Both the position numbers and the translations under genes were made by a program. A stretch of DNA of 32,000 nucleotides from Nitrosococcus oceani ATCC 19707. GTDB taxonomy: Bacteria; Pseudomonadota; Gammaproteobacteria; Nitrosococcales; Nitrosococcaceae. Below are positions 15,017 to 26,615 of the stretch, one piece after another (positions within the stretch are counted from its first letter, which is position 1; each line of letters begins with the position of its first letter). The notes beneath the pieces are model-generated. The model saw only the letters and a list, made by a program, of their open reading frames with translations, searched no databases and was not told where the DNA came from. The stretch is taken from NCBI RefSeq assembly GCF_000012805.1, contig NC_007484.1:1770001-1802000 (forward strand), given 5' to 3'.

Positions 15017-15346
15017 TTACAAGAGGGTGAAATAGGATTCAAACCCCCGTGAGCGTAATGCTTTTTTCAAATGGGATGGGCAATGGAGAAGCAAAAGCTC
15101 CGCCCGCCCCTTGGCAACGCTATCTTTCAGCATCTTCAGCAACAGATAGCCCGAGTCGTGAATGGAGACGGTTGCTTGTAGGTCAATGACCACCTTTATT
15201 TCCGATCCCCGGACTCGTTGCGCGGTTTCCCAAAGTTCCCGGCACATAGAACTGTCGAACACAGGGGGAGAAGTTAAAGTCACGGTGGGACTTTTAACTC
15301 TGGCTAGAGGGGGATGACTCCTGGCAAGTTGAGCGGTTGATGGCAT
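15017..15346 (-). CDS. STAS domain protein (anti-sigma-factor-antagonist-like)
   Basis: 109 aa. It shows the STAS-like pattern VVIDLQATVSIHDSGYLLLKML...LLLLHCPSHLKKALRSRGFESYF. The family call is by eye. Confidence 0.6.
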   Translation of the reverse strand: MPSTAQLARSHPPLARVKSPTVTLTSPPVFDSSMCRELWETAQRVRGSEIKVVIDLQATVSIHDSGYLLLKMLKDSVAKGRAELLLLHCPSHLKKALRSRGFESYFTLL

Positions 15347-15449
15347 AGTCGTTTCCTTTTAATTAAGGCATTAATCGGAGAGACTAAACTAAAATCACTG
15401 CCTGGAAAATCAGGGTTTTTCCCTATGTGGCCAGCACGTAGGGGGGAAA

Positions 15450-15502
15450 GCGGGACGTAGTATCAATCCCGCCTTTAGCTAAATCTCCGCCCAAGGGGGC
15501 GG
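15450..15502 (-). terminator. Hairpins downstream of gltD (terminator candidates)
   Basis: CCGCCC/GGGCGG (15487-15502) starts 11 nt after the gltD stop. GCGGGA/TCCCGC (15450-15472) is followed on the minus strand by TTTCCCCCC. Confidence 0.3.
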
Positions 15503-15512
15503 TAGGGAGCTG

Positions 15513-16955
15513 TCACCGGGGCAGGTCCGAGTAACCCATGAGAAATTCATCCACGGCCTGGGCCGCCTGGCGGCCTTCGCGAATGGCCCATACCACGAGG
15601 GATTGACCGCGGCGCATATCGCCGGCGGCAAAGACCTTCGGGATTGAAGTCTGGTAGCGTTCAGTGTCGGCTTCCACGTTACCCCGTCCATCGAGGGCAA
15701 CGCCGAGTTCCTCCAATAGACCTGCATGCACCGGATGGACAAAGCCCATAGCCAGCAGCACTAAATCCGCAGGCAGTTCGAATTCGCTGTTAGGCACCTC
15801 CTCCATTTTCCAATGCCCTTGCTGATTTTGATGCCACTTAAGACGCACTAGCTGGAGGGCGGTGACTTGCCCGTTTTCGCCCCGGAAGGTTTTGGTGGCC
15901 ACGGCCCAATCCCGGGAGGCCCCTTCTGCCTGGGAACTGGAGGTGCGAAGCTTATAGGGCCAGTTGGGCCAAGTGAGTAGTTTATTTTCCTTTTCCGGCG
16001 GCTGGGGCATGATTTCTAGTTGGGTGACGGCAAGCGCCCCCTGGCGAAAAGAAGTCCCTATGCAGTCCGAACCGGTGTCGCCGCCACCGATGACAATCAC
16101 ATGCTTGTCCTTGGCGCTGATAGGCGCTTGGTTAGGGAGGCTGATCCCCGCCCCGCGGCGATTTTGCTGGGTCAGGAAATCCATGGCGAAATGAACGCCC
16201 CTGAGTTCCCGTCCTGGAATGGGGAGATCCCGCGGGTCCTCGGAACCGCCCGTGAGGACCAGGGCATCGAAGGTTTCCAGCAGTGAGCGGGCTGGTGTGT
16301 TGACCCCAATATGGCTATTGGGGTGAAAGGCCACGCCTTCCGCCTGCATTTGGGCCATGCGCCGGTCGATAAGGGATTTGGCCATTTTAAAATCCGGGAT
16401 TCCATAGCGCAGCAGGCCACCGATCCGGTCGTTTTTTTCAAAGACTTCGACTTGGTGACCCACCCGGGCCAATTGTTGGGCGCAGGCAAGTCCCGCCGGA
16501 CCCGAGCCGACCACGGCTACCCGCTTTCCCGTTTTATGGGTGGGTATTTGCGGCCTGATCCAGCCTTCTTGCCAGCCCTTGTCGATAATAGCGCATTCGA
16601 TGGTTTTAATGGTGACTGGCTCGTCGGTCAGATTGAGAGTACAGGCTGCTTCGCAAGGTGCAGGGCAGATGCGGCCCGTGAACTCCGGGAAATTGTTGGT
16701 GGACTGGAGCACTTCCAGGGCGCGGCGCCAATCATCCCGGTACACCAGATCGTTCCAGTCGGGGATAATGTTATTAACGGGACAGGCGGGGTGGCAAAAA
16801 GGGATACCGCAATCCATGCAGCGGGCCCCTTGCTCCCTCACTTCCCCTTCGCTGAGGGGAATGGCAAATTCTCGGAAATGTTGTACCCGATCCGCGACCG
16901 GCGCCTCGGTCCGATCGCGGCGGGGAATTTCCATAAATCCAGTGGGTTTACCCAT
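15513..16955 (-). CDS. gltD: Glutamate synthase (NADPH) small subunit
   Basis: 480 aa from ATG 16955 ([15 protein letters not shown]...). It has Fe-S cysteine clusters and the FAD/NAD Rossmann motifs [12 protein letters not shown] and [13 protein letters not shown]. The start overlaps the gltB stop by 8 nt (ATGGGTAA). The track start at 17204 was rejected. Confidence 0.92.
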   Translation of the reverse strand: MGKPTGFMEIPRRDRTEAPVADRVQHFREFAIPLSEGEVREQGARCMDCGIPFCHPACPVNNIIPDWNDLVYRDDWRRALEVLQSTNNFPEFTGRICPAPCEAACTLNLTDEPVTIKTIECAIIDKGWQEGWIRPQIPTHKTGKRVAVVGSGPAGLACAQQLARVGHQVEVFEKNDRIGGLLRYGIPDFKMAKSLIDRRMAQMQAEGVAFHPNSHIGVNTPARSLLETFDALVLTGGSEDPRDLPIPGRELRGVHFAMDFLTQQNRRGAGISLPNQAPISAKDKHVIVIGGGDTGSDCIGTSFRQGALAVTQLEIMPQPPEKENKLLTWPNWPYKLRTSSSQAEGASRDWAVATKTFRGENGQVTALQLVRLKWHQNQQGHWKMEEVPNSEFELPADLVLLAMGFVHPVHAGLLEELGVALDGRGNVEADTERYQTSIPKVFAAGDMRRGQSLVVWAIREGRQAAQAVDEFLMGYSDLPR

Positions 16956-19900
16956 ATTGGTCGAGTGCCTCCTGTTGCATGACAGGGATAGTGTGTCTTG
17001 CTGCTTGGGCGTGCTCCATTTCCTGCAAGGCGCGCCGGTAATCCACCGGCATGACCTTAACGAACCGGGGCAAATACGCGCTCCAGTTCTCCAGTATTTG
17101 GCGGGCCCGCCCGCTGTGGGTGTAGTGTTGGTGTTTTTCAATGAGATTTCTGAGACGCTGCCCATCGAAGCGGCTGATATGGTGACTGATATCCACCCGG
17201 CCATGGGTTTCCAGATCGCCCCCCTGGTGTTCCAAATGTTCTAAAGCCTCATCCTCTTCGGCAATGGGCTCGAGTTCCACCATCGCCAAATTACAACGTT
17301 GCTCAAAGTTTCCTGCTTCATCCAGCACATAGGCGATGCCGCCACTCATGCCGGCGGCAAAATTGCGCCCGGTTCTGCCGAGCACCACCACGACTCCGCC
17401 CGTCATATATTCGCAACCATGGTCTCCCACGCCTTCCACCACGGCAGTCACGCCAGAATTACGGACCGCGAAACGCTCCCCCGCTACGCCCCGGAAGTAG
17501 CACTCGCCGCTGATGGCACCATAAAGTACGGTATTGCCGATGATAATATTCTCCTCGGGCACGATGGGGCATTCTGGAGGAGGCGTAATCACTAACCGGC
17601 CGCCAGAGAGACCTTTGCCCACGTAATCGTTCGCTTCCCCAATAAGCTCCAGGGAAATACCATGGGCAAGAAAAGCGCCAAAGCTTTGTCCGGCCGTACC
17701 CTCGGTTCTAATGTAAATAGTATCTTGCGGAAGACCCTTATGACCGTAACGGCGCGCTACTTCGCCAGAGAGCATGGCCCCTACAGTACGGTCGGTATTG
17801 CCTACCGGAGTCTCGATTTGGACTGCTTCCTGGCGTTCCAAGGCAGGCTGGGCTTGAGCAATAAGCCAACGATCCAAGACCTCATCGAGCCCATGATCCT
17901 GGCGTTCCCTATTGTAAAGGGGCACTTCCGGGTCGGTGGTAGGGTGGTAGAGGATTCGGGAGAAATCCAGGCCCTTGGCCTTCCAGTGATCAAGGGCCTG
18001 GCGGGTATCGAGGACATCCAGGCGTCCGATCATCTCATCAAAACAGCGGAATCCCAACTGGGCCATGATCTGCCTGACTTCTTCGGCAACCAAGAAAAAG
18101 TAGTTGACGATATGCTCGGGCTTGCCGGTAAAAAGTTTCCGTAATACGGGATCTTGGGTGGCTACTCCCGTTGGGCAGGTATTCAAGTGGCATTTGCGCA
18201 TCATGATGCAGCCCGCAACGATAAGGGGCGCGGTGGCGAAGCCAAATTCATCGGCGCCTAGCAGAGCGCCAATCACCACATCCCGTCCGGTGCGTATTCC
18301 TCCGTCCACTTGGACCGCGATACGGCCCCGAAGCCGGTTGAGCACCAGGGTTTGCTGGGTTTCGGCAAGTCCGATTTCCCAGGGCAGACCCGCATGCTTG
18401 ATGGAAGTCAGGGGGCTGGCGCCTGTCCCGCCATCATGACCGGCGATGGTGACATGATCCGCGTGGGCTTTGGAAACCCCCGCAGCCACGGTGCCTACCC
18501 CGACTTCAGAAACCAGTTTGACACTGATTCTGGCTTGGGGATTGACATTTTTGAGATCAAAGATGAGCTGGGCCAGATCCTCGATAGAGTAAATATCGTG
18601 ATGAGGGGGAGGGGAAATCAGTCCTACCCCGGGAGTCGAATGGCGAACCTGGGCAATGGTGGCGTCCACTTTGTGGCCGGGGAGTTGCCCCCCTTCGCCA
18701 GGCTTAGCGCCTTGGGCCATCTTGATCTGAATATCATCCGCGTTCACCAGATATTCGGCGGTGACGCCAAAGCGGCCAGAGGCCACTTGTTTAATAGCCG
18801 AGCGCATGGAATCCCCATTGGGCAGGGGCTTGAAGCGCTCCGCTTCCTCGCCACCTTCTCCTGTATTGGATTTGCCGCCAATACGGTTCATGGCGATGGC
18901 CAGGGTGGTATGGGCTTCGTGGGAGATGGCGCCAAAGGACATGGCGCCGGTGGCGAAGCGCTTGACAATGTCTTTTGCGGGCTCCACATCCTCCAAGGGA
19001 AGAGGATTAGCCGCGAACCGGAACTCCAATAAACCCCGCAGGGTAAGTAGCCGTTTATTTTGTTGGTTGACCAATTGGGCGTATTCTTCATAAGTCTTAG
19101 CCTCGTTGGCCCGGCTGGCATGTTGAAGCTTGGAGATAGTGTCGAAGGTCCACATATGGTCTTCGCCACGCAGGCGGTAGGCATAGTAGCCTCCGGCATC
19201 GAGTCCATGGCGATAGAGGGGAACGTCGCTATAAGCGTTCCGATGCCAGCGGAAGGCTTCTTCGGCAATCTCGCTAAGACCTGCGCCTTCAATGGTGGAA
19301 ACCGTGCCGGTAAAGTATTTTTCTACAAAATTATGGGAGAGTCCTACCCCATCGAAGATCTGCGCGCCGCAATAGGACTGGTAGGTAGAGATGCCCATCT
19401 TGGACATAATTTTTAATAGACCTTTACCCACTGCTTTAATATAGCGTTTTTGGATCTCCTCTTCGTTGAGTTCTTCGGGGAGTTGTTGGCGGAGAGCCGA
19501 GAGGGTTTCGAAAGCCAGATAAGGATTAATTGCCTCGGCGCCATAACCTGCCAGGACAGCAAAGTGGTGGACCTCCCGGGCAGCGCCCGTTTCCACTACC
19601 AGTCCTGTCTCGGTTCGCAGTCCCGTTTGTACCAGGTGATGGTGTACGGCGGAGGTAGCCAGCAGGGCGGGAATGGCGACATGGTCTATATCCACGCCCC
19701 GATCCGACAGGATCAAAATATTGTATCCTTTATGGACGGCCTGCTCTGCGCTCCGGCACAGTTTTCCCAGAGCTGCTTCCATGCCGGCAGCCCCTTCTGT
19801 CACCGGGTAGCAGATAGTCAGCGTATGGGTACGAAAAGCGCCCCCCGTATGGTCTTCGATGCGCCGAATTCGTTCCAGATCGGTATTCGTGAGGACCGGC

Positions 19901-21612
19901 TGACTCACCTCTAAACGCTTATGGGCACCTGCCTGGTGGTGGTGCCCCAGCAAGTTAGGCCGTGGCCCAATTAAGGAAACCAGGGACATGACCAGCTCTT
20001 CCCGGATCGGATCGATGGGTGGATTGGTCACCTGGGCGAAACGCTGTTTGAAATAATTGGATAAGGGAATAGCTCGGTTAGAGAGTACTGCTAGGGGTTC
20101 GTCCGCGCCCATGGAGCCCACGGCTTCCTGCCCGGTGACAGCCATGGGGGTGAGGAGAAATTTAAGATCCTCCTGGGTATAGCCAAAAGCCTGTTGGCGG
20201 TCCAAAAGCGTGGCTGGGTCCGGGGCCATGGGTCCGGTTTCGGCAGGCAGGTGCTCGATCCGGATTTGGGTCTGGTCTAGCCATTGTTGATAGGGTTCGG
20301 CCTCTGCTAACTTTCTTTTTAGTTCGTCATCATCAATGATGCGCCCCGCTTCTAAGTCGATGAGCAGCATCTTGCCGGGTTGCAGCCGCCACTTTTTGAT
20401 GATCCGCTCCTGGGGGATATCCAGAACCCCCATTTCCGAGGCCATGGCCACCAAATCATCATTAGTGATCAGATAGCGGGCCGGACGGAGGCCATTGCGG
20501 TCTAGGGTGGCTCCAATCATGCGACCATCGGTAAAGGCCATGGCTGCCGGCCCATCCCAAGGCTCCATCAGGGCCGCATGATATTCGTAAAAGGCGCGCT
20601 GTTTCGCCTCCATTAACGGGTTGCCGGCCCAAGCCTCGGGAATGAGTAGCATCATGGCATGGGCTAGAGGGTAGCCGCCAGCAACGAGAAGCTCTAGGGC
20701 GTTATCAAAGCAGGCGGAATCGGATTGCCCTTCAGCAATGAGGGGCCAAAGTTTTTTGAGATCATCGCCTAGCAACTTGGAGGTCATGGCGTGGCGGCGG
20801 GCTGCCATCCAATTAATATTACCCCGCAGGGTATTGATTTCTCCATTATGAGCAATCATTCGGAATGGCTGAGCGAGATCCCAGGAAGGGAAGGTATTCG
20901 TGGAGAAGCGCTGATGGACTAGCGACAGAGCGGTAATCATGCGTTCGTCTGTCAAGTCTGTAAAATAGGAAGGCACTTGGCTGGCCAGCAGCATCCCCTT
21001 ATACACTAATATCCGGGAGGACAGGGAAGGAATACTAAAGGTTGCCTGATCCGCCTGGTCCAGCTCCCGGACAGCATTTTCTATTTGTTTGCGGATGACA
21101 AAGAGCTTACGCTCAAAAGGATCGCCTGAGGAGGTATTGTCGCCATGGCCGATAAAAACCTGCCGGATGATCGGCTCTACTGCTTTAACGCTCTCCCCGA
21201 GCTGGGTGTTGTCGGTAGGCACATCTCGCCAGCCCAGTAAAGTCTGCCCTTCGGCATCAATATAATGGCTGATTAGCTCTTCGCAAGTGGCACGGGCTTC
21301 AGCTCCTTGGGGGAGAAAAAGCATACCAACGCCGTATTCGCCCACGGGTGGTAGGTTTATTCCCTGACGGGCGCATTCTTCCTGGAGGAACTGGTCAGGC
21401 ATTTGCAGCAGGATTCCCGCCCCATCTCCAGCTCGCGGGTCTGCACCCACAGCGCCGCGGTGGGTTAGGTTTTTCAGAATTTGCAGACCCTTTCGGATGA
21501 GGTTATGGCTTTTATGGCCCTTGACATTGGCGACAAAACCAACCCCACAAGAGTCGTGTTCATTATGAGGGTCGTACAAGCCTTGCTTACGTGGTAAGGT
21601 TCCGTCACTCAT
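16948..21612 (-). CDS. gltB: Glutamate synthase (NADPH) large subunit
   Basis: 1554 aa. The N-terminal Ntn-amidotransferase site is [17 protein letters not shown] and 3Fe-4S regions and the C-terminal GXGXG domain are recognisable throughout. Confidence 0.95.
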   Translation of the reverse strand: MSDGTLPRKQGLYDPHNEHDSCGVGFVANVKGHKSHNLIRKGLQILKNLTHRGAVGADPRAGDGAGILLQMPDQFLQEECARQGINLPPVGEYGVGMLFLPQGAEARATCEELISHYIDAEGQTLLGWRDVPTDNTQLGESVKAVEPIIRQVFIGHGDNTSSGDPFERKLFVIRKQIENAVRELDQADQATFSIPSLSSRILVYKGMLLASQVPSYFTDLTDERMITALSLVHQRFSTNTFPSWDLAQPFRMIAHNGEINTLRGNINWMAARRHAMTSKLLGDDLKKLWPLIAEGQSDSACFDNALELLVAGGYPLAHAMMLLIPEAWAGNPLMEAKQRAFYEYHAALMEPWDGPAAMAFTDGRMIGATLDRNGLRPARYLITNDDLVAMASEMGVLDIPQERIIKKWRLQPGKMLLIDLEAGRIIDDDELKRKLAEAEPYQQWLDQTQIRIEHLPAETGPMAPDPATLLDRQQAFGYTQEDLKFLLTPMAVTGQEAVGSMGADEPLAVLSNRAIPLSNYFKQRFAQVTNPPIDPIREELVMSLVSLIGPRPNLLGHHHQAGAHKRLEVSQPVLTNTDLERIRRIEDHTGGAFRTHTLTICYPVTEGAAGMEAALGKLCRSAEQAVHKGYNILILSDRGVDIDHVAIPALLATSAVHHHLVQTGLRTETGLVVETGAAREVHHFAVLAGYGAEAINPYLAFETLSALRQQLPEELNEEEIQKRYIKAVGKGLLKIMSKMGISTYQSYCGAQIFDGVGLSHNFVEKYFTGTVSTIEGAGLSEIAEEAFRWHRNAYSDVPLYRHGLDAGGYYAYRLRGEDHMWTFDTISKLQHASRANEAKTYEEYAQLVNQQNKRLLTLRGLLEFRFAANPLPLEDVEPAKDIVKRFATGAMSFGAISHEAHTTLAIAMNRIGGKSNTGEGGEEAERFKPLPNGDSMRSAIKQVASGRFGVTAEYLVNADDIQIKMAQGAKPGEGGQLPGHKVDATIAQVRHSTPGVGLISPPPHHDIYSIEDLAQLIFDLKNVNPQARISVKLVSEVGVGTVAAGVSKAHADHVTIAGHDGGTGASPLTSIKHAGLPWEIGLAETQQTLVLNRLRGRIAVQVDGGIRTGRDVVIGALLGADEFGFATAPLIVAGCIMMRKCHLNTCPTGVATQDPVLRKLFTGKPEHIVNYFFLVAEEVRQIMAQLGFRCFDEMIGRLDVLDTRQALDHWKAKGLDFSRILYHPTTDPEVPLYNRERQDHGLDEVLDRWLIAQAQPALERQEAVQIETPVGNTDRTVGAMLSGEVARRYGHKGLPQDTIYIRTEGTAGQSFGAFLAHGISLELIGEANDYVGKGLSGGRLVITPPPECPIVPEENIIIGNTVLYGAISGECYFRGVAGERFAVRNSGVTAVVEGVGDHGCEYMTGGVVVVLGRTGRNFAAGMSGGIAYVLDEAGNFEQRCNLAMVELEPIAEEDEALEHLEHQGGDLETHGRVDISHHISRFDGQRLRNLIEKHQHYTHSGRARQILENWSAYLPRFVKVMPVDYRRALQEMEHAQAARHTIPVMQQEALDQYG

Positions 21613-22005
21613 ATCCCACCTCTTTATGATGTAGTGGATTCCAAACAGCGGGGTAGACCACTAGAGATTTTAATGAGCTCCATGAAACATGGTCTAATTC
21701 CCCTAGGCGCTTACGACGCATCGGGAACCGGCCAGATGACATGTTTCTTCCCCAATCTTGAAGCTTACCCCGGATAATAGCCAATAAGGGGACTAAATTA
21801 TATAACCTCTAAGCGGGGTTTTGTCTATTTTTATGACAAGACTTTATCAGTACCGAGCCTGCTGATAGGGTAGGGCGTTTTCAATTAGAGACGGGGAATG
21901 GATAACCAAAATCATTTATTATTTTAATAATTTAATAGCTGTGTTTTTCCTGAAATTAGGACCCTAGGTCAAATTTATTTCCCATCAATAAATTTTTATC
22001 TTAAG

Positions 22006-22572
22006 GTGATGCTCTCTCTATATAAATATTTTTTGGGTATTTTGTTACTATTTTTAGGTGCGAGTGCGCTAACTTTTTCCAGAGGAGATGTATTGATGAG
22101 TTTGACTCTTACCTCCCCCGCTTTCAATCATCAGGGAGAAATTCCCCTCGACTATACCTGTGATGGCCAAGATATTTCTCCTGAACTGTCGTGGTCCAAC
22201 CTCCCCGAGGGAACTAAAAGTTTAGTCTTGATCGTTGATGATCCGGATGCGCCAGACCCAGCAGCACCGAAAATGACCTGGGTCCACTGGCTACTTTATA
22301 ATATTCCGCCCTCAGCGGCTGGCTTGCCCCGGGGGGTACTATCCTCAGATCTGCCCACTGGCACTCGGGAGGGCTTAAATGATTGGGATCGCGTCGGCTA
22401 TGGTGGCCCTTGTCCTCCCATAGGACGCCATCGTTATTTTCATAAGCTTTATGCCTTGGCGGTGGAGTTGCCGGATCTAGGAACACCCACTAAAGAAGCT
22501 CTGGAGAAGGCCATGAGCGGCCATATATTGGGGCAGGCAGAGTTGGTAGGTACCTACCAACGGGCGAAGTGA
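22006..22572 (+). CDS. YbhB/YbcL-family PEBP (Raf kinase inhibitor-like) protein
   Basis: Motifs present are SPELSWSNLP, LIVDDPDAPDP, WVHWLLYNIP and GPCPPIGRHRYFHKLYAL. The long form (GTG 22006 or ATG 22009) has a signal-peptide-like N-terminus. The alternative ATG 22096 has GAGGAG 8 nt upstream and would give a cytoplasmic form. Confidence 0.85.
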   Translation: MMLSLYKYFLGILLLFLGASALTFSRGDVLMSLTLTSPAFNHQGEIPLDYTCDGQDISPELSWSNLPEGTKSLVLIVDDPDAPDPAAPKMTWVHWLLYNIPPSAAGLPRGVLSSDLPTGTREGLNDWDRVGYGGPCPPIGRHRYFHKLYALAVELPDLGTPTKEALEKAMSGHILGQAELVGTYQRAK

Positions 22573-22581
22573 AGAATTTTT

Positions 22582-24141
22582 TTAACGTTGCGCAAAATAG
22601 CGGGCCAGATATTCTTTAAAGGGAATATTATCAGCAGCCTCGACCGCCCGCTGCTGTTGCCAAGATTGCTGCGCTAACCCAGCAAAATATTGCAATTGAT
22701 CTTTTTTCAAGGGCAATTGTTTGAAGTATTCAGCATGGTTTTTGGACAGCCGCATGGCGAACTCGTTAAAGGATTCTTGCCTCTGCTTCATCTCGGCGAG
22801 TATCTGGGCAGAGGGGGTTTTTTCCTCCTGGAGAACTTTTTCTTGCTGGATCGCAAGGGCCTTTGCATAGGGACGCTGGGGGTCTCCCTGATCCAATAGT
22901 TCACACACTCCTGTCATTTCATCGCAAATTTCCTGGGCCCAATCTCGCAAAAATCGGGCTTGCCCATGGGTTTGCAATTCAAGGTGAGGGTCTCGCCCGC
23001 AGCAGGCTGCTATCCGCTGATTATGGTCCGCTGTCCGCCGCTGCTCGGCATTCATGGGGAGGCTTTCTTTAAGGAGGCATAAAATAAGCAAAGCTTCGAG
23101 GAAACGCAATTGGGATTCGTTGACTCCTAGGGGATCGTGGGCGCTGACATCCAGGGCTCTCACCTCCACGTATTGCACCCCCCGGCGTTTGAGGGCAAGG
23201 GTGGGTTTTTCTCCGGATCGGGCCACTTGCTTAGGGCGTATGAAGCTATAATATTCGTTTTCAATCTGTAGCCTATTGGTGTTGAGTTGATGGTGTCCCC
23301 CTATACCGATTTTCTCATAGGGCGGGTAAGGGGTTTCAATAGCATGGGTAAGGCCAGCCACATATTCCGAGAGGCTATTGTAAGAGATATCCAAGTTAGT
23401 CTGGTGTTTGTTTTTGTAGCCGATATCGCTCATGCGCAGGGAGGTGGCATAGGGCAGAAAATAGGTTCCTGGGTCGAACTCTGACAACCCCTCCGGTCTT
23501 ACCTTTAAAAAGGACTTACAAACGGCTGGGGAAGCACCAAATAGGTAGGAAACCAGCCAGCCTAGACGTTGGAAATTGCGAAGCAGACAAAAGTAGTGCT
23601 CATTAATAAACTCCTGTAACGGTTGAGTGTTGTTTTCTTGCTCTTTGAAAATTGGCCAGAAGGCTTCGGGTAAGGAATAGTTGAAGTGAACGCCAGCGAT
23701 AGTTTGCATCATGCGCCCATAGCGGTAGCCTAGTCCTCGCCGGTAAATGTGTTTCATTTTCCCAACGTTAGAGCGGCCGTAGCAGGCAATGGGAACACTG
23801 GAGTCATCTTTCACGGCACAGGGCATGCTGGTTGCCCAGAGAAGTTCCCGTTCTAGGTGGTGATAAACAAGTTGGTGGGTAAGGGACAAGAATGCTAAGG
23901 TTTCCGGTATCTCTGAATAGGGGGGCGTGATAAACTCCAGCAAGGATTCGGAATAATCAGTAGTCAGATAGGGATGGGTAAGGGCTGATCCCAAGGATCT
24001 TGGATGGGGGGTGTGAGCCAATTTCCCTTCAAGCGTAATCCGGAGACTCTCTTTTTCTATGCCTTTTTTGCCTCCCTTCAGTATTTCTTTCTGGGAGGTG
24101 TTCATGAGTCGTCGCAGGCGGTCTTGTAAGCGCTTGTCCAA
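22582..24141 (-). CDS. gshA: Glutamate--cysteine ligase
   Basis: 519 aa. It is colinear with proteobacterial GshA (GIEKESLRITLEGKLAHTPHPRSLGSALTHPYLTTDYSESLLEFITPP...). Confidence 0.92.
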   Translation of the reverse strand: MDKRLQDRLRRLMNTSQKEILKGGKKGIEKESLRITLEGKLAHTPHPRSLGSALTHPYLTTDYSESLLEFITPPYSEIPETLAFLSLTHQLVYHHLERELLWATSMPCAVKDDSSVPIACYGRSNVGKMKHIYRRGLGYRYGRMMQTIAGVHFNYSLPEAFWPIFKEQENNTQPLQEFINEHYFCLLRNFQRLGWLVSYLFGASPAVCKSFLKVRPEGLSEFDPGTYFLPYATSLRMSDIGYKNKHQTNLDISYNSLSEYVAGLTHAIETPYPPYEKIGIGGHHQLNTNRLQIENEYYSFIRPKQVARSGEKPTLALKRRGVQYVEVRALDVSAHDPLGVNESQLRFLEALLILCLLKESLPMNAEQRRTADHNQRIAACCGRDPHLELQTHGQARFLRDWAQEICDEMTGVCELLDQGDPQRPYAKALAIQQEKVLQEEKTPSAQILAEMKQRQESFNEFAMRLSKNHAEYFKQLPLKKDQLQYFAGLAQQSWQQQRAVEAADNIPFKEYLARYFAQR

Positions 24142-24302
24142 GATTTGATTTTCCTTCTAAATGGTTGTAGCGGTAGTAAGGCTAGCCGCCAGCGGCTACA
24201 ATCTGGGTTTTATTAGCAAGTTAATAACGGAGCTAGATGTGGTGGATGTATGTTATTCACTTTCTGGTGAAAGCAGCTTATTGATATTGCTTCAACATAG
24301 CC

Positions 24303-24815
24303 ATGGCTGAAAATAAAATTTTGCATGCTGTTCATGATGGGGTCCATGTGCTGCGCCTTTTAGGCGATATGCGTTATCCTCTAAGCCCCTCATTAGATCA
24401 TTTTTTGCAACGTTTATTTTCTGAGGTAACGCCCCAGGGTTTTGTGGTCGATCTGACGGACACCCGGAGTATAGATAGTACTAACTTGGGGTTGTTGGTG
24501 CGTATTGCCAAGCTTATGCAGCGCCGTGGCCAGCCTAGGGTTACCATCATTTCCAATCGGGAGGAAATTAACGAAGTATTGACTTGTCTAGGCTTTGATA
24601 AAGTATTTAATATTGTCGCCCATGGCGGTGGCGAACCGTTAGCCGGGAAAGCACTGGCCTTGGAAGAAGCAAATGACGTTGCCATGTTGGATACACTTTT
24701 GAAAGCTCACCAAACCCTAATGAATCTTAATGAGCAGAACAAGGATTTGTTCCGCGATGTGGTCGCGATGTTAGAAAAAGAACAGGCGGATAAATCTTCT
24801 GCTCCCAACGCGTGA
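24303..24815 (+). CDS. STAS domain protein with a C-terminal helical extension
   Basis: 170 aa. It shows the STAS-like pattern GFVVDLTDTRSIDSTNLGLLVRIAKLMQRRGQPRVTIISNREEINEVLTCLGFDKVFNIV. It is divergent from gshA. Confidence 0.6.
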   Translation: MAENKILHAVHDGVHVLRLLGDMRYPLSPSLDHFLQRLFSEVTPQGFVVDLTDTRSIDSTNLGLLVRIAKLMQRRGQPRVTIISNREEINEVLTCLGFDKVFNIVAHGGGEPLAGKALALEEANDVAMLDTLLKAHQTLMNLNEQNKDLFRDVVAMLEKEQADKSSAPNA

Positions 24816-24863
24816 GGATAGAGGGAAAGGAGGACACGATCAATATATCTGGTGAGAGTTTAC

Positions 24864-25220
24864 TTAAGATTGTCTCAGCAGATCAGCAAAAAATGGTCCC
24901 CAGGCTAATAGCAAAATGAAGATCATGGAAAAATCTAGCCACAGGACGCGTCGATAACGAAGGCGGTGAGGGCCTTCAGTGTCGGTCATAAATATACGGT
25001 TCATCATCATATCCAGAGAAAGAACAAAGAACATAATGACCGTCAGCGATGGGGCAACCATACTAACTATCATGTCCCAACCAGAAAGGTTCTCCTGGCT
25101 TGCGATCACGCCCCAGTCAGAAGAGTTCTCCCCGCTTGCAAAGGGAGCCATTCCCATGAGAGCGAGCGTAAATAGGGCCAGTCCAATTCGCATAGGTCCA
25201 ATGTATTTAATAAATTTCAT
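24864..25220 (-). CDS. Hypothetical small membrane protein (signal/anchor plus two TM segments)
   Basis: 118-aa ORF, 37 bp downstream of gor on the same strand. Its hydrophobic segments are IGLALFTLALMGMAPFA, MVAPSLTVIMFFVLSL and FSMIFILLLAWGPFF. I recognised no family. Confidence 0.5.
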   Translation of the reverse strand: MKFIKYIGPMRIGLALFTLALMGMAPFASGENSSDWGVIASQENLSGWDMIVSMVAPSLTVIMFFVLSLDMMMNRIFMTDTEGPHRLRYRRVLWLDFSMIFILLLAWGPFFADLLRQS

Positions 25221-25256
25221 TGCTGATTGTTTTTCCTAGACTTTTGGCTAACTATT

Positions 25257-26615
25257 CTATAGTCCGGTAACAGGTTGCCGCAAGGTAACGAATTCTTCGG
25301 CAGCGGTAGGGTGAATGCCAAGCGTGCTATCGAAGGTAGATTTCGTTGCCCCCGCCTTGATGGCGATGGCAATACCTTGGATAATTTCACCCGCATCGGG
25401 TCCTAACATATGCGCGCCCACTACCCGGTCAGTGGTTTTTTCTACGATAAGCTTAACCATCGTTCGCTCATCCCTGCCGCTCAAGGTGTGTTTTAAGGGG
25501 CGGAAACTAGAACGGTATACGTTAATTTCGCCGCAGTGCTCCCCTGCTTGCTCTTCAGTGAGCCCAACTGTTGCAACATTCGGATGGCTAAAGATACAGG
25601 CAGGAATATTGCTATAGTCTAGTCGGGAATATCCCCCGCCATAGAGGATGCGGGTCAAAACCATTGCTTCAGCGAGCGCAACGGGTGTGAGGTTGAGACG
25701 GTGAGTAACATCGCCGATCCCGTAGATGGAAGGAATAGAACTTTGGTAATGGTCGTTAACGACCACGGCGCCATTCCAACTGAGTTCCACGCCCAGATCT
25801 TCCAACCCCAGTCCTAGAGTATTAGGAGCCCGGCCAGTAGCATACATGAGGGCGTCCACCTCCAGGGTTTTACCATCATGGCACTTGATGGTAAAACCCT
25901 GCCCTCCCTTTTCCACAGCTGCTACTTGGGTATTGAAGCAAAGTTTAACCCCCCGCTTGGACATTTCTTGAGCCAGATTTTGCCGGAGGTCATCATCAAA
26001 ACCACGAAGAAAGAGGGGACCGCGATAGAGCAGGGTAGTGTTGCTGCCCAGTCCGTTAAAGATACTCGCAAATTCTACAGCGATATAACCCCCGCCGACA
26101 ATGGCCACCCGCTCTGGAAGTTTGTCAAGAAAAAAGGCTTCATTTGAGGTGATGACGTGTTCACGGCCGGGAAATTCAGGAACGACAGGCCAACCCCCAG
26201 TCGCCACTAAAATACGTTCCGCAGTGTAACAGTGGTTATTGACCGAAACGGTATGGGGGGTTTCCAAGCGGGCGCGGCCACTGACAAGCGTGACTCCCGC
26301 CTTGCCTAGTAAATTTTCATAAATTTTGTTAAGGCGTTGAATTTCCGTGTTTTTGTTCTGAATGAGAGTGGACCAATCGAATTGGCGCTGCCCCACTGTC
26401 CAGCCAAATCCCGTGGCGTCTTCGAAATCTTCAGAAAAATGGGCGGCATACAGGAATAGCTTTTTAGGGATACAGCCTACATTGACACAGGTACCCCCTA
26501 GGTATCGTTCCTCGGCAATGGCTACCCGGGCGCCAAAGCCCGCGGCCATGCGGGCGGATCGAACCCCGCCAGAGCCGGCGCCAATGACAAAAAGGTCAAA
26601 ATCGTAGGAAGTCAT
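25257..26615 (-). CDS. gor: Glutathione-disulfide reductase
   Basis: 452 aa. It has the FAD motif FVIGAGSGG, the redox-active disulfide [13 protein letters not shown], and a C-terminal [11 protein letters not shown] dimerisation/His-Glu region. Its ATG overlaps the upstream gene's stop (ATGA at 26612-26615). Confidence 0.92.
   Translation of the reverse strand: MTSYDFDLFVIGAGSGGVRSARMAAGFGARVAIAEERYLGGTCVNVGCIPKKLFLYAAHFSEDFEDATGFGWTVGQRQFDWSTLIQNKNTEIQRLNKIYENLLGKAGVTLVSGRARLETPHTVSVNNHCYTAERILVATGGWPVVPEFPGREHVITSNEAFFLDKLPERVAIVGGGYIAVEFASIFNGLGSNTTLLYRGPLFLRGFDDDLRQNLAQEMSKRGVKLCFNTQVAAVEKGGQGFTIKCHDGKTLEVDALMYATGRAPNTLGLGLEDLGVELSWNGAVVVNDHYQSSIPSIYGIGDVTHRLNLTPVALAEAMVLTRILYGGGYSRLDYSNIPACIFSHPNVATVGLTEEQAGEHCGEINVYRSSFRPLKHTLSGRDERTMVKLIVEKTTDRVVGAHMLGPDAGEIIQGIAIAIKAGATKSTFDSTLGIHPTAAEEFVTLRQPVTGL

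Noticed and set aside
16956-17204. Upstream extension of gltD
   Set aside because: It overlaps the gltB 3' end in another frame. Canonical GltD starts at [11 protein letters not shown] (ATG 16955), which overlaps the gltB stop.
16311-19914. Antisense ORFs within gltD/gltB (16311-16982, 16540-17244, 18310-19032, 19450-19914 and others)
   Set aside because: They are fully contained in, and opposite to, highly conserved glutamate synthase coding sequence.
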